Source: the human T2T-CHM13v2.0 reference genome, Homo sapiens
Assembly (NCBI RefSeq): GCF_009914755.1
Contig: NC_060925.1
Strand: one strand, 5' to 3'
Length of the DNA stretch: 64,000 nucleotides
A program made the position numbers and the translations under genes. Below, piece after piece: positions 27,801-42,793 of the stretch. Numbering within the stretch: position 1 is the stretch's first letter; the number at the start of each line of letters is the position of its first letter. The notes under the pieces are model-generated. The model saw nothing but the letters and a program-made list of their open reading frames with translations, made no database searches and was not told where the DNA came from.

Positions 27801-28403
27801 ATGGACTGGAATGGAATCATTGAATGGACTCGAAAGGGATCATGATTGAATGGAATTGAATGGAATCATCGAATGGTCTCGATTGGAATCATTATCAAAT
27901 GGAATCGAATGGAATCACCGAATAGAATCGAATGGAACAATCATCGAATGGACTCAAATGGAATTATCCTCAAATGGAATCGAATGGAATTATCGAATGC
28001 AATCGAATGGAATTATCGAATGCAATCGAATAGAATCATCGAATGGACTCGAATGGAATCATCGAATGGAATGGAATGGAACAGTCAATGAACTCGAATG
28101 GAATCATCATTGAATGGAATCGAATGGAATCATCGAGTGGAATCGAATGGAATTATGATCAAATGGAATCGAATGTAATCATCATCAAATGGAATCAAAA
28201 ATAACCATCATCAATTGGTATTGAATGGAATTGTCATCAAATGGAATTCAAAGGAATCATCATCAAATGGAACCGAATGGAATCCTCATTGAATGGAAAT
28301 GAAAGGGGTCATCATCTAATAGAATCGCATGGAATCATAATCAAATGGAATCGAATGGAATCATCATCAAATGGAATCTAATGGAATCATTGAACAGAAT
28401 TGA

Positions 28404-29466
28404 ATGGAATCGTCATCGAATGAATTGAATGCAATCATCGAATGGTCTCGAATGGAATCATCTTCTAATGGAAAGGAATGGAATCATCGCATAGAATCGA
28501 ATGGAATTATCATCGAATGGAATCGAATGGTATCAACACCAAACGGAAAAAAACGGAATTATCGAATGGAATCGAAGAGAATCTTCGAACGGACCCGAAT
28601 GGAATCATCTAATGGAATGGAATGGAATAATCCATGGACTCGAATGCAATCATCATCGAATGGAATCGAATGGAATCATCGAATGGACTCGAATGGAATA
28701 ATCATTGAACGGAATCGAATGGAATCATCATCGGATGGAAACGAATGGAATCATCATCGAATGGAAATGAAAGGAGTCATCATCTAATGGAGTTGCATGG
28801 AATCATCATAAAATGGAATCGAATGTAATCAACATCAAATGGAATCAAATGTAATCATTGAACGGAATTGAATGGAATCGTCATCGAATGAATTGACTGC
28901 AATCATCGAATGGTCTCGAATGGAATCATCTTCAAATGGAATGGAATGGAATCATCGCATAGAATCGAATGGAATTATCATCGAATGGAATCGAATGGAA
29001 TCAACATCAAACGGAAAAAAACGGAATTATCGAATGGAATCGAAGAGAATCATCGAATGGACCCGAATGGAATCATCTAATGGAATGGAATGGAATAATC
29101 CATGGACTCGAATGCAATCATCATCGAATGGAATCGAATGGAATCATCGAATGAACTCGAATGGAATCATCATTGAATGGAATCGAATGGAATCATCGAG
29201 TGGAATCGAATGGAATTATGATCAAATGGAATCGAATGTAATCATCATCAAATGGAATCAAAAATAACCATCTTCAATTGGTATTGAATGGAATTGTCAT
29301 CAAATGGAATTCAAAGGAATCATCATCAAATGGAACCGAATGGAATCCTCATTGAATGGAAATGAAAGGGGTCATCATCTAATGGAATCGCATGGAATCA
29401 TCATCAAATGGAATCGAATGGAATCATCATCAAATGGAATCTAATGGAATCATTGAACAGAATTGA
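28404..29466 (+). repeat. 1063-bp variant unit (713-bp deletion)
   Basis: Junction ATCATCGAATGAACTCGAATGG at ~29143-29164; lacks the CCAGTGTG and GGAAGCT landmarks. The same structure occurs at 35684-36746 and 39978-41040. Confidence 0.92.
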
Positions 29467-31242
29467 ATGGAATCGTCATCGAATGAATTGAATGCAATCA
29501 TCGAATGGTCTCTTATGGAATCATCTTCTAATGGAAAGGAATGGAATCATCGCATAGAATCGAATGGAATTATCATCGAATGGAATCGAATGGTATCAAC
29601 ACCAAACGGAAAAAAACGGAATTATCGAATGGAATCGAAGAGAATCTTCGAACGGACCCGAATGGAATCATCTAATGGAATGGAATGGAATAATCCATGG
29701 ACTCGAATGCAATCATCATCGAATGGAATCGAATGGAATCATCGAATGGACTCGAATGGAATAATCATTGAACGGAATCGAATGGAATCATCATCGGATG
29801 GAAACGAATGGAATCATCATCGAATGGAAATGAAAGGAGTCATCATCTAATGGAATTGCATGGAATCATCATAAAATGGAATCGAATGGAATCAACATCA
29901 AATGGAATCAAATGGAATCATTGAACGGAATTGAATGGAATCGTCATCGAATGAATTGACTGCAATCATCGAATGGTCTCGAATGGAATCATCTTCAAAT
30001 GGAATGGAATGGAATCATCGCATAGAATCGAATGGAATTATCATCGAATGGAATCGAATGGAATCAACACCAAACGGAAAAAAACGGAATTATCGAATGG
30101 AATCGAAGAGAATCATCGAATGGACCCGAATGGAATCATCTAATGGAATGGAATGGAATAATCCATGGACTCGAATGCAATCATCATCGAATGGAATCGA
30201 ATGGAATCATCGAATGGACTCGAATGGAATAATCATTGAACGGAATCGAATGGATTCATCATCGGATGGAAATGAATGGAATCATCATCGAATGGAATCG
30301 AATAGAATTATGGAATGAAATCCAGTGTGATCATCATCGAATGAACCCGAATGGAATCATCATCCAACGGAAGCTAATGGAATCAACATCGAATGAATCG
30401 AATGGAAACACCATCGAATTGAAACGAATGGAATTATCTTGAAATTGAAATGGATGGACTCATCATCGAATGGATTCGAATGGAATCATCGAATAAAATT
30501 GATTGAAATCATCATCCAATGGAATCGAATGGTATCATTGAATGGAATCGAATGGAATCATCATCAGATGGAAATGAATGGAATCGTCATAGAATGGAAT
30601 CGAATAGATTCATTGAATGGAATCAGATGGAATCATCGAATGGACTGGAATGGAATCATTGAATGGACTCGAAAGGGAGCATGATTGAATGGAATTGAAT
30701 GGAATCATCGAATGGTCTGGATTGGAATCATTATCAAATGGAATCGAATGGAATCACCGAATAGAATCGAATGGAACAATCATCGAATGGACTCAAATGG
30801 AATTATGCTCAAATGGAATCGAATGGAATTATCGAATGCAATCGAATGGAATTATCGAATGCAATCGAATAGAATCATCGAATGGACTCGAATGGAATCA
30901 TCGAATGGAATGGAATGGAACAGTCAATGAACTCGAATGGAATCATCATTGAATGGAATCGAATGGAATCATCGAGTGGAATCGAATGGAATTATGATCA
31001 AATGGAATCGAATATAATCATCATCAAATGGAATCAAAAATAACCATCATCAATTGGTATTGAATGGAATTCTCATCAAATGGAATTCAAAGGAATCATC
31101 ATCAAATGGAACTGAATGGAATCCTCATTGAATGGAAATGAAAGGGGTCATCATCTAATGGAATCGCAGGGAATCATCATCAAATGGAATCGAATGGAAT
31201 CATCATCAAATGGAATCTGATGGAATCATTGAACAGAATTGA

Positions 31243-32452
31243 ATGGAATCGTCATCGAATGAATTGAATGCAATCATCGAATGGTCTCGAATGTAATCAC
31301 ATTCTAATGGAAAGGAATGGAATCATCGCATAGAATCGAATGGAATTAACATTGAATGGACTCGAATGGAATCAACATCAAACGGAATCAAGCGGAATTA
31401 TCGAATGGAATCGAAGAGAATCATCGAATGGTCTCGAATGGAATCATCTTCTAATGGAAAGGAATGGAATCATCGCATAGAATCGAATGGAATTATCATC
31501 GAATGGAATCGAATGGTATCAACACCAAACGGAAAAAAACGGAATTATCGAATGGAATCGAAGAGAATCTTCGAACGGACCCGAATGGAATCATCTAATG
31601 GAATGGAATGGAATAATCCATGGACTCGAATGCAATCATCATCGAATGGAATCGAATGGAATCATCGAATGGACTCGAATGGAATAATCATTGAACGGAA
31701 TCGAATGGAATCATCATCGGATGGAAACGAATGGAATCATCATCGAATGGAAATGAAAGGAGTCATCATCTAATGGAATGGCATGGAATCATCATAAAAT
31801 GGAATCGAATGGAATCAACATCAAATGGAATCAAATGGAATCATTGAACGGAATTGAATGGAATCGTCATCGAATGAATTGACTGCAATCATCGAATGGT
31901 CTCGAATGGAATCATCTTCAAATGGAATGGAATGGAATCATCGCATAGAATCGAATGGAATTATCATCGAATGGAATCGAATGGAATCAACATCAAACGG
32001 AAAAAAACGGAATTATCGAATGGAATCGAAGAGAATCATCGAATGGACCCGAATGGAATCATCTAATGGAATGGAATGGAATAATCCATGGACTCGAATG
32101 CAATCATCATCGAATGGAATCGAATGGAATCATCGAATGAACTCGAATGGAATCATCATTGAATGGAATCGAATGGAATCATCGAGTGGAATCGAATGGA
32201 ATTATGATCAAATGGAATCGAATGTAATCATCATCAAATGGAATCAAAAATAACCATCTTCAATTGGTATTGAATGGAATTGTCATCAAATGGAATTCAA
32301 AGGAATCATCATCAAATGGAACCGAATGGAATCCTCATTGAATGGAAATGAAAGGGGTCATCATCTAATGGAATCGCATGGAATCATCATCAAATGGAAT
32401 CGAATGGAATCATCATCAAATGGAATCTAATGGAATCATTGAACAGAATTGA
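31243..32452 (+). repeat. 1210-bp variant unit (1063 plus 147-bp duplication)
   Basis: GGTCTCG at 31283 and 31430; 713-bp deletion junction at ~32140. Confidence 0.88.
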
Positions 32453-35400
32453 ATGGAATCGTCATCGAATGAATTGAATGCAATCATCGAATGGTCTCGA
32501 ATGGAATCATCTTCTAATGGAAAGGAATGGAATCATCGCATAGAATCGAATGGAATTATCATCGAATGGAATCGAATGGTATCAACACCAAACGGAAAAA
32601 AACGGAATTATCGAATGGAATCGAAGAGAATCTTCGAACGGACCCGAATGGAATCATCTAATGGAATGGAATGGAATAATCCATGGACTCGAATGCAATC
32701 ATCATCGAATGGAATCGAGTGGAATCATCGAATGGACTCGAATGGAATAATCATTGAACGGAATCGAATGGAATCATCATCGGATGGAAACGAATGGAAT
32801 CATCATCGAATGGAAATGAAAGGAGTCATCATCTAATGGAATTGCATGGAATCATCATAAAATGGAATCGAATGGAATCAACATCAAATGGAATCAAATG
32901 GAATCATTGAACGGAATTGAATGGAATCGTCATCGAATGAATTGACTGCAATCATCGAATGGTCTCGAATGGAATCATCTTCAAATGGAATGGAATGGAA
33001 TCATCGCATAGAATCGAATGGAATTATCATCGAATGGAATCGAATGGAATCAACATCAAACGGAAAAAAACGGAATTATCGAATGGAATCGAAGAGAATC
33101 ATCGAATGGACCCGAATGGAATCATCTAATGGAATGGAATGGAATAATCCATGGACTCGAATGCAATCATCATCGAATGGAATCGAATGGAATCATCGAA
33201 TGGACTCGAATGGAATAATCATTGAACGGAAACGAATGGAATCATCATCGGATGGAAATGAATGGAATCATCATGGAATGGAATCGAATAGATTTATGGA
33301 ATGAAATCCAGTGTGATCATCATCGAATGGACCCGAATGGAATCATCATCCAACGGAAGCTAATGGAATCAACATCGAATGAATCGAATGGAAACACCAT
33401 CGAATTGAAACGAATGGAATTATCATGAAATTGAAATGGATGGACTCATCATCGAAAGGATTCGAATGGAATCATCGAATAAAATTGATTGAAATCATCA
33501 TCCAATGGAATCGAATGGTATCATTGAATGGAATCGAATGGAATCATCATCAGATGGAAATGAATGGAATCGTCATAGAATGGAATCGAATAGATTCATT
33601 GAATGGAATCAGATGGAATCATCGAATGGACTGGAATGGAATCATTGAATGGACTCGAAAGGGATCATGATTGAATGGAATTGAATGGAATCATCGAATG
33701 GTCTGGATTGGAATCATTATCAAATGGAATCGAATGGAATCACCGAATAGAATCGAATGGAACAATCATCGAATGGACTCAAATGGAATTATGCTCAAAT
33801 GGAATCGAATGGAATTATCGAATGCAATCGAATGGAATTATCGAATGCAATCGAATAGAATCATCGAATGGACTCGAATGGAATCATCGAATGGAATGGA
33901 ATGGAACAGTCAATGAACTCGAATGGAATCATCATTGAATGGAATCGAATGGAATCATCGAGTGGAATCGAATGGAATTATGATCAAATGGAATCGAATA
34001 TAATCATCATCAAATGGAATCAAAAATAACCATCATCAATTGGTATTGAATGGAATTCTCATCAAATGGAATTCAAAGGAATCATCATCAAATGGAACTG
34101 AATGGAATCCTCATTGAATGGAAATGAAAGGGGTCATCATCTAATGGAATCGCAGGGAATCATCATCAAATGGAATCGAATGGAATCATCATCAAATGGA
34201 ATCTGATGGAATCATTGAACAGAATTGAATGGAATCGTCATCGAATGAATTGAATGCAATCATCGAATGGTCTCGAATGTAATCACATTCTAATGGAAAG
34301 GAATGGAATCATCGCATAGAATCGAATGGAATTAACATTGAATGGACTCGAATGGAATCAACTTCAAACGGAATCAAGCGGAATTATCGAATGGAATCGA
34401 AGAGAATCATCGAATGGTCTCGAATGGAATCATCTTCTAATGGAAAGGAATGGAATCATCGCATAGAATCGAATGTAATTAACATTGAATGGACTCGAAT
34501 GGAATCAACATCAAATGGAATCAAGCGGAATTATCGAATGAAATTGAAGAGAATCATCGAATGGACTCGAATGGAATCATCTAATGGAATGGAATGGAAT
34601 AATCCACGGACTCGAATGCAATCATCATCGTATAAAATCGAATGGAATCATCGAATGGACTCGAATGGAATAATCATTGAACGGAATCGAATGGAATCAT
34701 CATCGGATGGAAATGAATGGAATCATCATCGAATGGAATCCAATAGAATTATGGAATGAAATCCAGTGTGATCATCATCGAATGGACCCGAATGGAATCA
34801 TCATCCAACGGAAGCTAATGGAATCAACATCGAATGAATCAAATGGAAACATCATCGAATTGAAACGAATGGAATTATCATGAAATTGAAATGGATGGAC
34901 TCATCATCGAATGGATTCGAATGGAATCATCGAATAAAATTGATTGAAATCATCATCGAATGGAATCGAATGGTATCATTGAATGGAATCGAATGGAATC
35001 ATCATCAGATGGAAATGAATGGAATCGTCATAGAATGGAATCGAATGGATTCATTGAATGGAATCAGATGGAATCATCGAATGGACTGGAATGGAATCAT
35101 TGAATGGACTCGAAAGGGAGCATGATTGAATGGAATTGAATGGAATCATCGAATGGTCTCGATTGGAATCATTATCAAATGGAATCGAATGGAATCACCG
35201 AATAGAATCGAATGGAACAATCATCGAATGGACTCAAATGGAATTATCCTCAAATGGAATCGAATGGAATTATCGAATGCAATCGAATGGAATTATCGAA
35301 TGCAATCGAATAGAATCATCGAATGGACTCGAATGGAATCATCGAATGGAATGGAATGGAACAGTCAATGAACTCGAATGGAATCATCATTGAATGGAAT

Positions 35401-38400
35401 CGAATGGAATCATCGAGTGGAATCGAATGGAATTATGATCAAATGGAATCGAATGTAATCAACATCAAATGGAATCAAAAATAACCATCATCAATTGGTA
35501 TTGAATGGAATTGTCATCAAATGGAATTCAAAGGAATCATCATCAAATGGAACCGAATGGAATCCTCATTGAATGGAAATGAAAGGGGTCATCATCTAAT
35601 GGAATCGCATGGAATCATCATCAAATGGAATCGAATGGAATCATCATCAAATGGAATCTAATGGAATCATTGAACAGAATTGAATGGAATCGTCATCGAA
35701 TGAATTGAATGCAATCATCGAATGGTCTCGAATGGAATCATCTTCTAATGGAAAGGAATGGAATCATCGCATAGAATCGAATGGAATTATCATCGAATGG
35801 AATCGAATGGTATCAACACCAAACGGAAAAACACGGAATTAGCGAATGGAATCGAAGAGAATCTTCGAACGGACCCGAATGGAATCATCTAATGGAATGG
35901 AATGGAATAATCCATGGACTCGAATGCAATCATCATCGAATGGAATCGAATGGAATCATCGAATGGACTCGAATGGAATAATCATTGAACGGAATCGAAT
36001 GGAATCATCATCGGATGGAAACGAATGGAATCATCATCGAATGGAAATGAAAGGAGTCATCATCTAATGGAATTGCATGGAATCATCATAAAATGGAATC
36101 GAATGGAATCAACATCAAATGGAATCAAATGGAATCATTGAACGGAATTGAATGGAATCGTCATCGAATGAATTGACTGCAATCATCGAATGGTCTCGAA
36201 TGGAATCATCTTCAAATGGAATGGAATGGAATCATCGCATAGAATCGAATGGAATTATCATCGAATGGAATCGAATGGAATCAACATCAAACGGAAAAAA
36301 ACGGAATTATCGAATGGAATCGAAGAGAATCATCGAATGGACCCGAATGGAATCATCTAATGGAATGGAATGGAATAATCCATGGACTCGAATGCAATCA
36401 TCATCGAATGGAATCGAATGGAATCATCGAATGAACTCGAATGGAATCATCATTGAATGGAATCGAATGGAATCATCGAGTGGAATCGAATGGAATTATG
36501 ATCAAATGGAATCGAATGTAATCATCATCAAATGGAATCAAAAATAACCATCTTCAATTGGTATTGAATGGAATTGTCATCAAATGGAATTCAAAGGAAT
36601 CATCATCAAATGGAACCGAATGGAATCCTCATTGAATGGAAATGAAAGGGGTCATCATCTAATGGAATCGCATGGAATCATCATCAAATGGAATCGAATG
36701 GAATCATCATCAAATGGAATCTAATGGAATCATTGAACAGAATTGAATGGAATCGTCATCGAATGAATTGAATGCAATCATCGAATGGTCTCGAATGGAA
36801 TCATCTTCTAATGGAAAGGAATGGAATCATCGCATAGAATCGAATGGAATTATCATCGAATGGAATCGAATGGTATCAACACCAAACGGAAAAAAACGGA
36901 ATTATCGAATGGAATCGAAGAGAATCTTCGAACGGACCCGAATGGAATCATCTAATGGAATGGAATGGAATAATCCATGGACTCGAATGCAATCATCATC
37001 GAATGGAATCGAGTGGAATCATCGAATGGACTCGAATGGAATAATCATTGAACGGAATCGAATGGAATCATCATCGGATGGAAACGAATGGAATCATCAT
37101 CGAATGGAAATGAAAGGAGTCATCATCTAATGGAATTGCATGGAATCATCATAAAATGGAATCGAATGGAATCAACATCAAATGGAATCAAATGGAATCA
37201 TTGAACGGAATTGAATGGAATCGTCATCGAATGAATTGACTGCAATCATCGAATGGTCTCGAATGGAATCATCTTCAAATGGAATGGAATGGAATCATCG
37301 CATAGAATCGAATGGAATTATCATCGAATGGAATCGAATGGAATCAACATCAAACGGAAAAAAACGGAATTATCGAATGGAATCGAAGAGAATCATCGAA
37401 TGGACCCGAATGGAATCATCTAATGGAATGGAATGGAATAATCCATGGACTCGAATGCAATCATCATCGAATGGAATCGAATGGAATCATCGAATGGACT
37501 CGAATGGAATAATCATTGAACGGAAACGAATGGAATCATCATCGGATGGAAATGAATGGAATCATCATGGAATGGAATCGAATAGATTTATGGAATGAAA
37601 TCCAGTGTGATCATCATCGAATGGACCCGAATGGAATCATCATCCAACGGAAGCTAATGGAATCAACATCGAATGAATCGAATGGAAACACCATCGAATT
37701 GAAACGAATGGAATTATCATGAAATTGAAATGGATGGACTCATCATCGAAAGGATTCGAATGGAATCATCGAATAAAATTGATTGAAATCATCATCCAAT
37801 GGAATCGAATGGTATCATTGAATGGAATCGAATGGAATCATCATCAGATGGAAATGAATGGAATCGTCATAGAATGGAATCGAATAGATTCATTGAATGG
37901 AATCAGATGGAATCATCGAATGGACTGGAATGGAATCATTGAATGGACTCGAAAGGGATCATGATTGAATGGAATTGAATGGAATCATCGAATGGTCTGG
38001 ATTGGAATCATTATCAAATGGAATCGAATGGAATCACCGAATAGAATCGAATGGAACAATCATCGAATGGACTCAAATGGAATTATGCTCAAATGGAATC
38101 GAATGGAATTATCGAATGCAATCGAATGGAATTATCGAATGCAATCGAATAGAATCATCGAATGGACTCGAATGGAATCATCGAATGGAATGGAATGGAA
38201 CAGTCAATGAACTCGAATGGAATCATCATTGAATGGAATCGAATGGAATCATCGAGTGGAATCGAATGGAATTATGATCAAATGGAATCGAATATAATCA
38301 TCATCAAATGGAATCAAAAATAACCATCATCAATTGGTATTGAATGGAATTCTCATCAAATGGAATTCAAAGGAATCATCATCAAATGGAACTGAATGGA

Positions 38401-41400
38401 ATCCTCATTGAATGGAAATGAAAGGGGTCATCATCTAATGGAATCGCAGGGAATCATCATCAAATGGAATCGAATGGAATCATCATCAAATGGAATCTGA
38501 TGGAATCATTGAACAGAATTGAATGGAATCGTCATCGAATGAATTGAATGCAATCATCGAATGGTCTCGAATGTAATCACATTCTAATGGAAAGGAATGG
38601 AATCATCGCATAGAATCGAATGGAATTAACATTGAATGGACTCGAATGGAATCAACATCAAACGGAATCAAGCGGAATTATCGAATGGAATCGAAGAGAA
38701 TCATCGAATCGTCTCGAATGGAATCATCTTCTAATGGAAAGGAATGGAATCATCGCATAGAATCGAATGTAATTAACATTGAATGGACTCGAATGGAATC
38801 AACATCAAATGGAATCAAGCGGAATTATCGAATGAAATTGAAGAGAATCATCGAATGGACTCGAATGGAATCATCTAATGGAATGGAATGGAATAATCCA
38901 CGGACTCGAATGCAATCATCATCGTATAAAATCGAATGGAATCATCGAATGGACTCGAATGGAATAATCATTGAACGGAATCGAATGGAATCATCATCGG
39001 ATGGAAATGAATGGAATCATCATCGAATGGAATCCAATAGAATTATGGAATGAAATCCAGTGTGATCATCATCGAATGGACCCGAATGGAATCATCATCC
39101 AACGGAAGCTAATGGAATCAACATCGAATGAATCAAATGGAAACATCATCGAATTGAAACGAATGGAATTATCATGAAATTGAAATGGATGGACTCATCA
39201 TCGAATGGATTCGAATGGAATCATCGAATAAAATTGATTGAAATCATCATCGAATGGAATCGAATGGTATCATTGAATGGAATCGAATGGAATCATCATC
39301 AGATGGAAATGAATGGAATCGTCATAGAATGGAATCGAATGGATTCATTGAATGGAATCAGATGGAATCATCGAATGGACTGGAATGGAATCATTGAATG
39401 GACTCGAAAGGGATCATGATTGAATGGAATTGAATGGAATCATCGAATGGTCTCGATTGGAATCATTATCAAATGGAATCGAATGGAATCACCGAATAGA
39501 ATCGAATGGAACAATCATCGAATGGACTCAAATGGAATTATCCTCAAATGGAATCGAATGGAATTATCGAATGCAATCGAATGGAATTATCGAATGCAAT
39601 CGAATAGAATCATCGAATGGACTCGAATGGAATCATCGAATGGAATGGAATGGAACAGTCAATGAACTCGAATGGAATCATCATTGAATGGAATCGAATG
39701 GAATCATCGAGTGGAATCGAATGGAATTATGATCAAATGGAATCGAATGTAATCAACATCAAATGGAATCAAAAATAACCATCATCAATTGGTATTGAAT
39801 GGAATTGTCATCAAATGGAATTCAAAGGAATCATCATCAAATGGAACCGAATGGAATCCTCATTGAATGGAAATGAAAGGGGTCATCATCTAATGGAATC
39901 GCATGGAATCATCATCAAATGGAATCGAATGGAATCATCATCAAATGGAATCTAATGGAATCATTGAACAGAATTGAATGGAATCGTCATCGAATGAATT
40001 GAATGCAATCATCGAATGGTCTCGAATGGAATCATCTTCTAATGGAAAGGAATGGAATCATCGCATAGAATCGAATGGAATTATCATCGAATGGAATCGA
40101 ATGGTATCAACACCAAACGGAAAAACACGGAATTATCGAATGGAATCGAAGAGAATCTTCGAACGGACCCGAATGGAATCATCTAATGGAATGGAATGGA
40201 ATAATCCATGGACTCGAATGCAATCATCATCGAATGGAATCGAATGGAATCATCGAATGGACTCGAATGGAATAATCATTGAACGGAATCGAATGGAATC
40301 ATCATCGGATGGAAACGAATGGAATCATCATCGAATGGAAATGAAAGGAGTCATCATCTAATGGAATTGCATGGAATCATCATAAAATGGAATCGAATGG
40401 AATCAACATCAAATGGAATCAAATGGAATCATTGAACGGAATTGAATGGAATCGTCATCGAATGAATTGACTGCAATCATCGAATGGTCTCGAATGGAAT
40501 CATCTTCAAATGGAATGGAATGGAATCATCGCATAGAATCGAATGGAATTATCATCGAATGGAATCGAATGGAATCAACATCAAACGGAAAAAAACGGAA
40601 TTATCGAATGGAATCGAAGAGAATCATCGAATGGACCCGAATGGAATCATCTAATGGAATGGAATGGAATAATCCATGGACTCGAATGCAATCATCATCG
40701 AATGGAATCGAATGGAATCATCGAATGAACTCGAATGGAATCATCATTGAATGGAATCGAATGGAATCATCGAGTGGAATCGAATGGAATTATGATCAAA
40801 TGGAATCGAATGTAATCATCATCAAATGGAATCAAAAATAACCATCTTCAATTGGTATTGAATGGAATTGTCATCAAATGGAATTCAAAGGAATCATCAT
40901 CAAATGGAACCGAATGGAATCCTCATTGAATGGAAATGAAAGGGGTCATCATCTAATGGAATCGCATGGAATCATCATCAAATGGAATCGAATAGAATCA
41001 TCATCAAATGGAATCTAATGGAATCATTGAACAGAATTGAATGGAATCGTCATCGAATGAATTGAATGCAATCATCGAATGGTCTCGAATGGAATCATCT
41101 TCTAATGGAAAGGAATGGAATCATCGCATAGAATCGAATGGAATTATCATCGAATGGAATCGAATGGTATCAACACCAAACGGAAAAAAACGGAATTATC
41201 GAATGGAATCGAAGAGAATCTTCGAACGGACCCGAATGGAATCATCTAATGGAATGGAATGGAATAATCCATGGACTCGAATGCAATCATCATCGAATGG
41301 AATCGTGTGGAATCATCGAATGGACTCGAATGGAATAATCATTGAACGGAATCGAATGGAATCATCATCGGATGGAAACGAATGGAATCATCATCGAATT

Positions 41401-41870
41401 GAAATGAAAGGAGTCATCATCTAATGGAATTGCATGGAATCATCATAAAATGGAATCGAATGGAATCAACATCAAATGGAATCAAATGGAATCATTGAAC
41501 GGAATTGAATGGAATCGTCATCGAATGAATTGACTGCAATCATCGAATGGTCTCGAATGGAATCATCTTCAAATGGAATGGAATGGAATCATCGCATAGA
41601 ATCGAATGGAATTATCATCGAATGGAATCGAATGGAATCAACATCAAACGGAAAAAAACGGAATTATCGAATGGAATCGAAGAGAATCATCGAATGGACC
41701 CGAATGGAATCATCTAATGGAATGGAATGGAATAATCCATGGACTCGAATGCAATCATCATCGAATGGAATCGAATGGAATCATCGAATGGACTCGAATG
41801 GAATAATCATTGAACGGAAACGAATGGAATCATCATCGGATGGAAATGAATGGAATCATCATGGAATGGA
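31540..41870 (+). repeat. 4294-bp super-repeat (1776+1455+1063), about 2.4 copies
   Basis: Anchor series 31858/36152/40446, 32453/36747/41041, 34229/38523 and 35684/39978. Shared variants include CGGAAACGAA, TCATGGAATGG, GATTTATGG and AAAAACACGG. Confidence 0.92.
34229..35683 (+). repeat. 1455-bp variant unit (1308+147) with a divergent subunit
   Basis: Anchor spacing 34229 to 35684. GGAATCAAGCGG occurs twice, with ATCCACGGAC and CGTATAAAATCG. A copy lies at 38523-39977. Confidence 0.88.
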
Positions 41871-42793
41871 ATCGAATAGAATTATGGAATGAAATCCAGT
41901 GTGATCATCATCGAATGGACCCGAATGGAATCATCATCCAACGGAAGCTAATGGAATCAACATCGAATGAATCGAATGGAAACACCATCGAATTGAAACG
42001 AATGGAATTATCATGAAATTGAAATGGATGGACTCATCATCGAATGGATTCGAATGGAATCATCGAATAAAATTGATTGAAATCATCATCCAATGGAATC
42101 GAATGGTATCATTGAATGGAATCGAATGGAATCATCATCAGATGGAAATGAATGGAATCGTCATAGAATGGAATCGAATGGATTCATTGAATGGAATCAG
42201 ATGGAATCATCGAATGGACTCGAAAGGGATCATGATTGAATGGAATTGAATGGAATCATCGAATGGTCTGGATTGGAATCATTATCAAATGGAATCGAAT
42301 GGAATCACCGAATAGAATCGAATGGAACAATCATCGAATGGACTCAAATGGAATTATCCTCAAATGGAATCGAATGGAATTATCGAATGCAATCGAATGG
42401 AATTATCGAATGCAATCGAATAGAATCATCGAATGGACTCGAATGGAATCATCGAATGGAATAGAATGGAACAGTCAATGAACTCGAATGGAATCATCAT
42501 TGAATGGAATCGAATGGAATCATCGAGTGGAATCGAATGGAATTATGATCAAATGGAATCGAATGTAATCATCATCAAATGGAATCAAAAATAACCATCA
42601 TCAATTGGTATTGAATGGAATTGTCATCAAATGGAATTCAAAGGAATCATCATCAAATGGAACCGAATGGAATCCTCATTGAATGGAAATGAAAGGGGTC
42701 ATCATCTAATGGAATCGCATGGAATCATCATCAAATGGAATCGAATGGAATCATCATCAAATGGAATCTAATGGAATCATTGAACAGAATTGA
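41041..42793 (+). repeat. 1753-bp unit (23-bp deletion at ~42220)
   Basis: ATCGAATGGACT|CGAAAGGG lacks GGAATGGAATCATTGAATGGACT. Confidence 0.88.

Noticed and set aside
28404-29466. Numerical coincidences 713 = 31x23 and 468 = 18x26
   Set aside because: These segments are mixtures of 23-bp, 26-bp and irregular motifs, not pure multiples, so the arithmetic is not meaningful.
31283-31429. 147-bp duplication as a nucleosome-positioning unit
   Set aside because: 147 is also 3x49 (23+26), the satellite's own periodicity, and the sequence gives no independent evidence for a chromatin role.
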